DNA of 59,393 nt, the filler included. It is 3 parts of 3 records of this genome, joined end to end, with 100 filler letters (N's around TTAATTAATTAA, not from the genome) between each part and the next. Parts side by side here need not be neighbours in the genome. Positions count along the whole stretch, not along the records: positions 40,075 to 59,393 come from SRR31156797_8707; 2 more parts are not named here. One strand, given 5' to 3'. A model generated the notes under the pieces. It worked only from the letters and a program-made list of their open reading frames with translations, had not been told where the DNA came from and searched no databases. Both the position numbers and the translations under genes were made by a program. Of the stretch, positions 58,273 to 59,393 are shown in pieces. Each line of letters begins with the position of its first letter. The first letter of the stretch is position 1.

Positions 58273-59199
58273 TTAAAGATTTAACATTTCAGTAGCCTGA
58301 GCAATGTCACGTTTAATTTGCGCAACCAAAGCCTCAACGGATTCAAAAGTTTTTTCATCTCTGAGCCGTTCAATAAACTTAACGCGAATCTGTTTCCCCA
58401 ACAGGTCTTCCTGAAAATCAAGAATGTGGGTTTCAACCGAAAAAGCACCATCCCCGAATGTCGGATTATAGCCGATGTTGGTCAGTCCGTCGTATATACG
58501 ATCCGCCACGAGGACCTTTACCACATAAACACCCCTTTTGGGAACCAATTCATCAATCAATGCAAGATTTGCCGTGGGAAATCCCAGGAGCCTGCCGCCC
58601 CTGTTCTTACCCTTGATGACCGTTCCGCCAACCTGGTAATCACGTCCCAGGAGCCTTTTAGCCTCATGCAGCTTCCCCTCCTGGACCAGGTTACGGATGG
58701 ATGTGCTTGAAACAAGGATGTTTTCCACATAGACAGGGGGTACCACATGGACCTGGAAATCAAGCGCTTTGCCCATGTTTTCAAGCAGATCAATCCCCCC
58801 TTCACGTCCGGCGCCGAAAGTGTAGTCGTACCCGACCACAACTTCCCTAATGCCAATTTTATCGACCAGTATGTCCTGAACAAACTCTCGGGCCGATTTC
58901 GAGGCAAACTGCCGGGTAAAGGGAAGGCAAAATATAACTTCCATGTGGGCAGCTGAAATTAATTCCAGCTTTTGTTGGGTCAATGTAATAAGTGGCGGGC
59001 CATTGCCCGGTTTCATGACTTTGATGGGGTGAGGGTCAAAGGTCATTAATGCGGATTGACCGTTAATGGCAGCCGCTCTTTTTTTTACCAGATCAAAAAG
59101 GCTTAAATGCCCTTTGTGAACGCCATCAAAATTCCCGATTGTCAACACGGGGTTTCGAAGTGTCTGGTTAAATTGTTCCAGATTTGAAATAATAGGCAT
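58273..59199 (-). CDS. ribF: Bifunctional riboflavin kinase/FAD synthetase
   Basis: TIGNFDGVHKGH, TFDPHP, VSSTSIR, GRLLGFPTAN, NIGYNPTF, VETHILDF. Confidence 0.96.
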   Translation of the reverse strand: MPIISNLEQFNQTLRNPVLTIGNFDGVHKGHLSLFDLVKKRAAAINGQSALMTFDPHPIKVMKPGNGPPLITLTQQKLELISAAHMEVIFCLPFTRQFASKSAREFVQDILVDKIGIREVVVGYDYTFGAGREGGIDLLENMGKALDFQVHVVPPVYVENILVSSTSIRNLVQEGKLHEAKRLLGRDYQVGGTVIKGKNRGGRLLGFPTANLALIDELVPKRGVYVVKVLVADRIYDGLTNIGYNPTFGDGAFSVETHILDFQEDLLGKQIRVKFIERLRDEKTFESVEALVAQIKRDIAQATEMLNL

Positions 59200-59347
59200 T
59201 ACTTATTTAATACTCTCCAGAAAAATACACGTGCTTTAAAAAAACGCGCGCCCTCAGATTCAGGGAATGATTTTACAATAAAATGAGTTGACAAATATAA
59301 CCCAAAAGTATACCTTTCTCCTCACGAAATATCAACTTTATTTTCGA

Positions 59348-59393
59348 GCCGAAGTGGCGGAACTGGTAGACGCGCTAGGTTCAGGGTCTAGTG
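59348..59393 (+). tRNA. tRNA-Leu(CAG), 3'-truncated at window edge
   Basis: GCCGAAG acceptor 5' strand, TGGCGGAACTGGTAGACGC D-arm, CTAGG-TTCAGGG-TCTAG anticodon arm (CAG); TTGACA at 59288 upstream. Confidence 0.9.

Noticed and set aside
1-59393. Selenocysteine/pyrrolysine read-through, programmed frameshifts, inteins, prophage or defence genes
   Set aside because: I saw no in-frame-stop-split genes, and dnaB and the other core genes are normal length; no integrase, phage or recognised defence motifs were found

Overview
This window is three unrelated contigs joined by artificial 100-bp linkers (44 N + TTAATTAATTAA + 44 N at 19113-19212 and 39975-40074), so gene order across the linkers means nothing. 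All three look like sulfate-reducer-type Deltaproteobacteria (Desulfobacterota). The middle contig (19213-39974) may come from a different organism (Desulfovibrionaceae-like) than the flanks; this is an inference. Contig 1 holds partial asnB, a glycopolymer-type membrane protein, a MoxR ATPase with a TraB-like partner, rlmE-yebC-ruvCAB, a Tyr-rich IPTL-CTERM surface protein overlapping an alkaline-phosphatase-superfamily/TPR/sulfotransferase fusion, and a sigma54 circuit. That circuit has an NtrC-type regulator, an LpxL-like acyltransferase, a V4R-GAF kinase and a hybrid kinase, with a shared 18-bp enhancer-like site upstream of two sigma54 promoters. Contig 2 holds a GT4 glycosyltransferase, an NhaC-family transporter, a TetR-SulP-multistep phosphorelay operon with visible operators, an APC permease with a structured leader, and two sigma54 activator modules with visible binding sites. 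Contig 3 holds an SLC13 permease, a CBS protein, a CoA-persulfide-reductase-like enzyme, two atypical dodecins, rsmG, LOG, a stand-alone IMP cyclohydrolase, queG, map, two gmd paralogs, rpsF-rpsR-yybS-rplI-dnaB, apbE-ribF, a partial tRNA-Leu(CAG) and a family of heptamer-built intergenic inverted repeats. The best candidates for undescribed systems are the acyltransferase/V4R-kinase/sigma54 autoinduction-like loop and the IPTL-CTERM plus sulfotransferase-fusion pair. All calls come from reading motifs by eye; no database searches were run.
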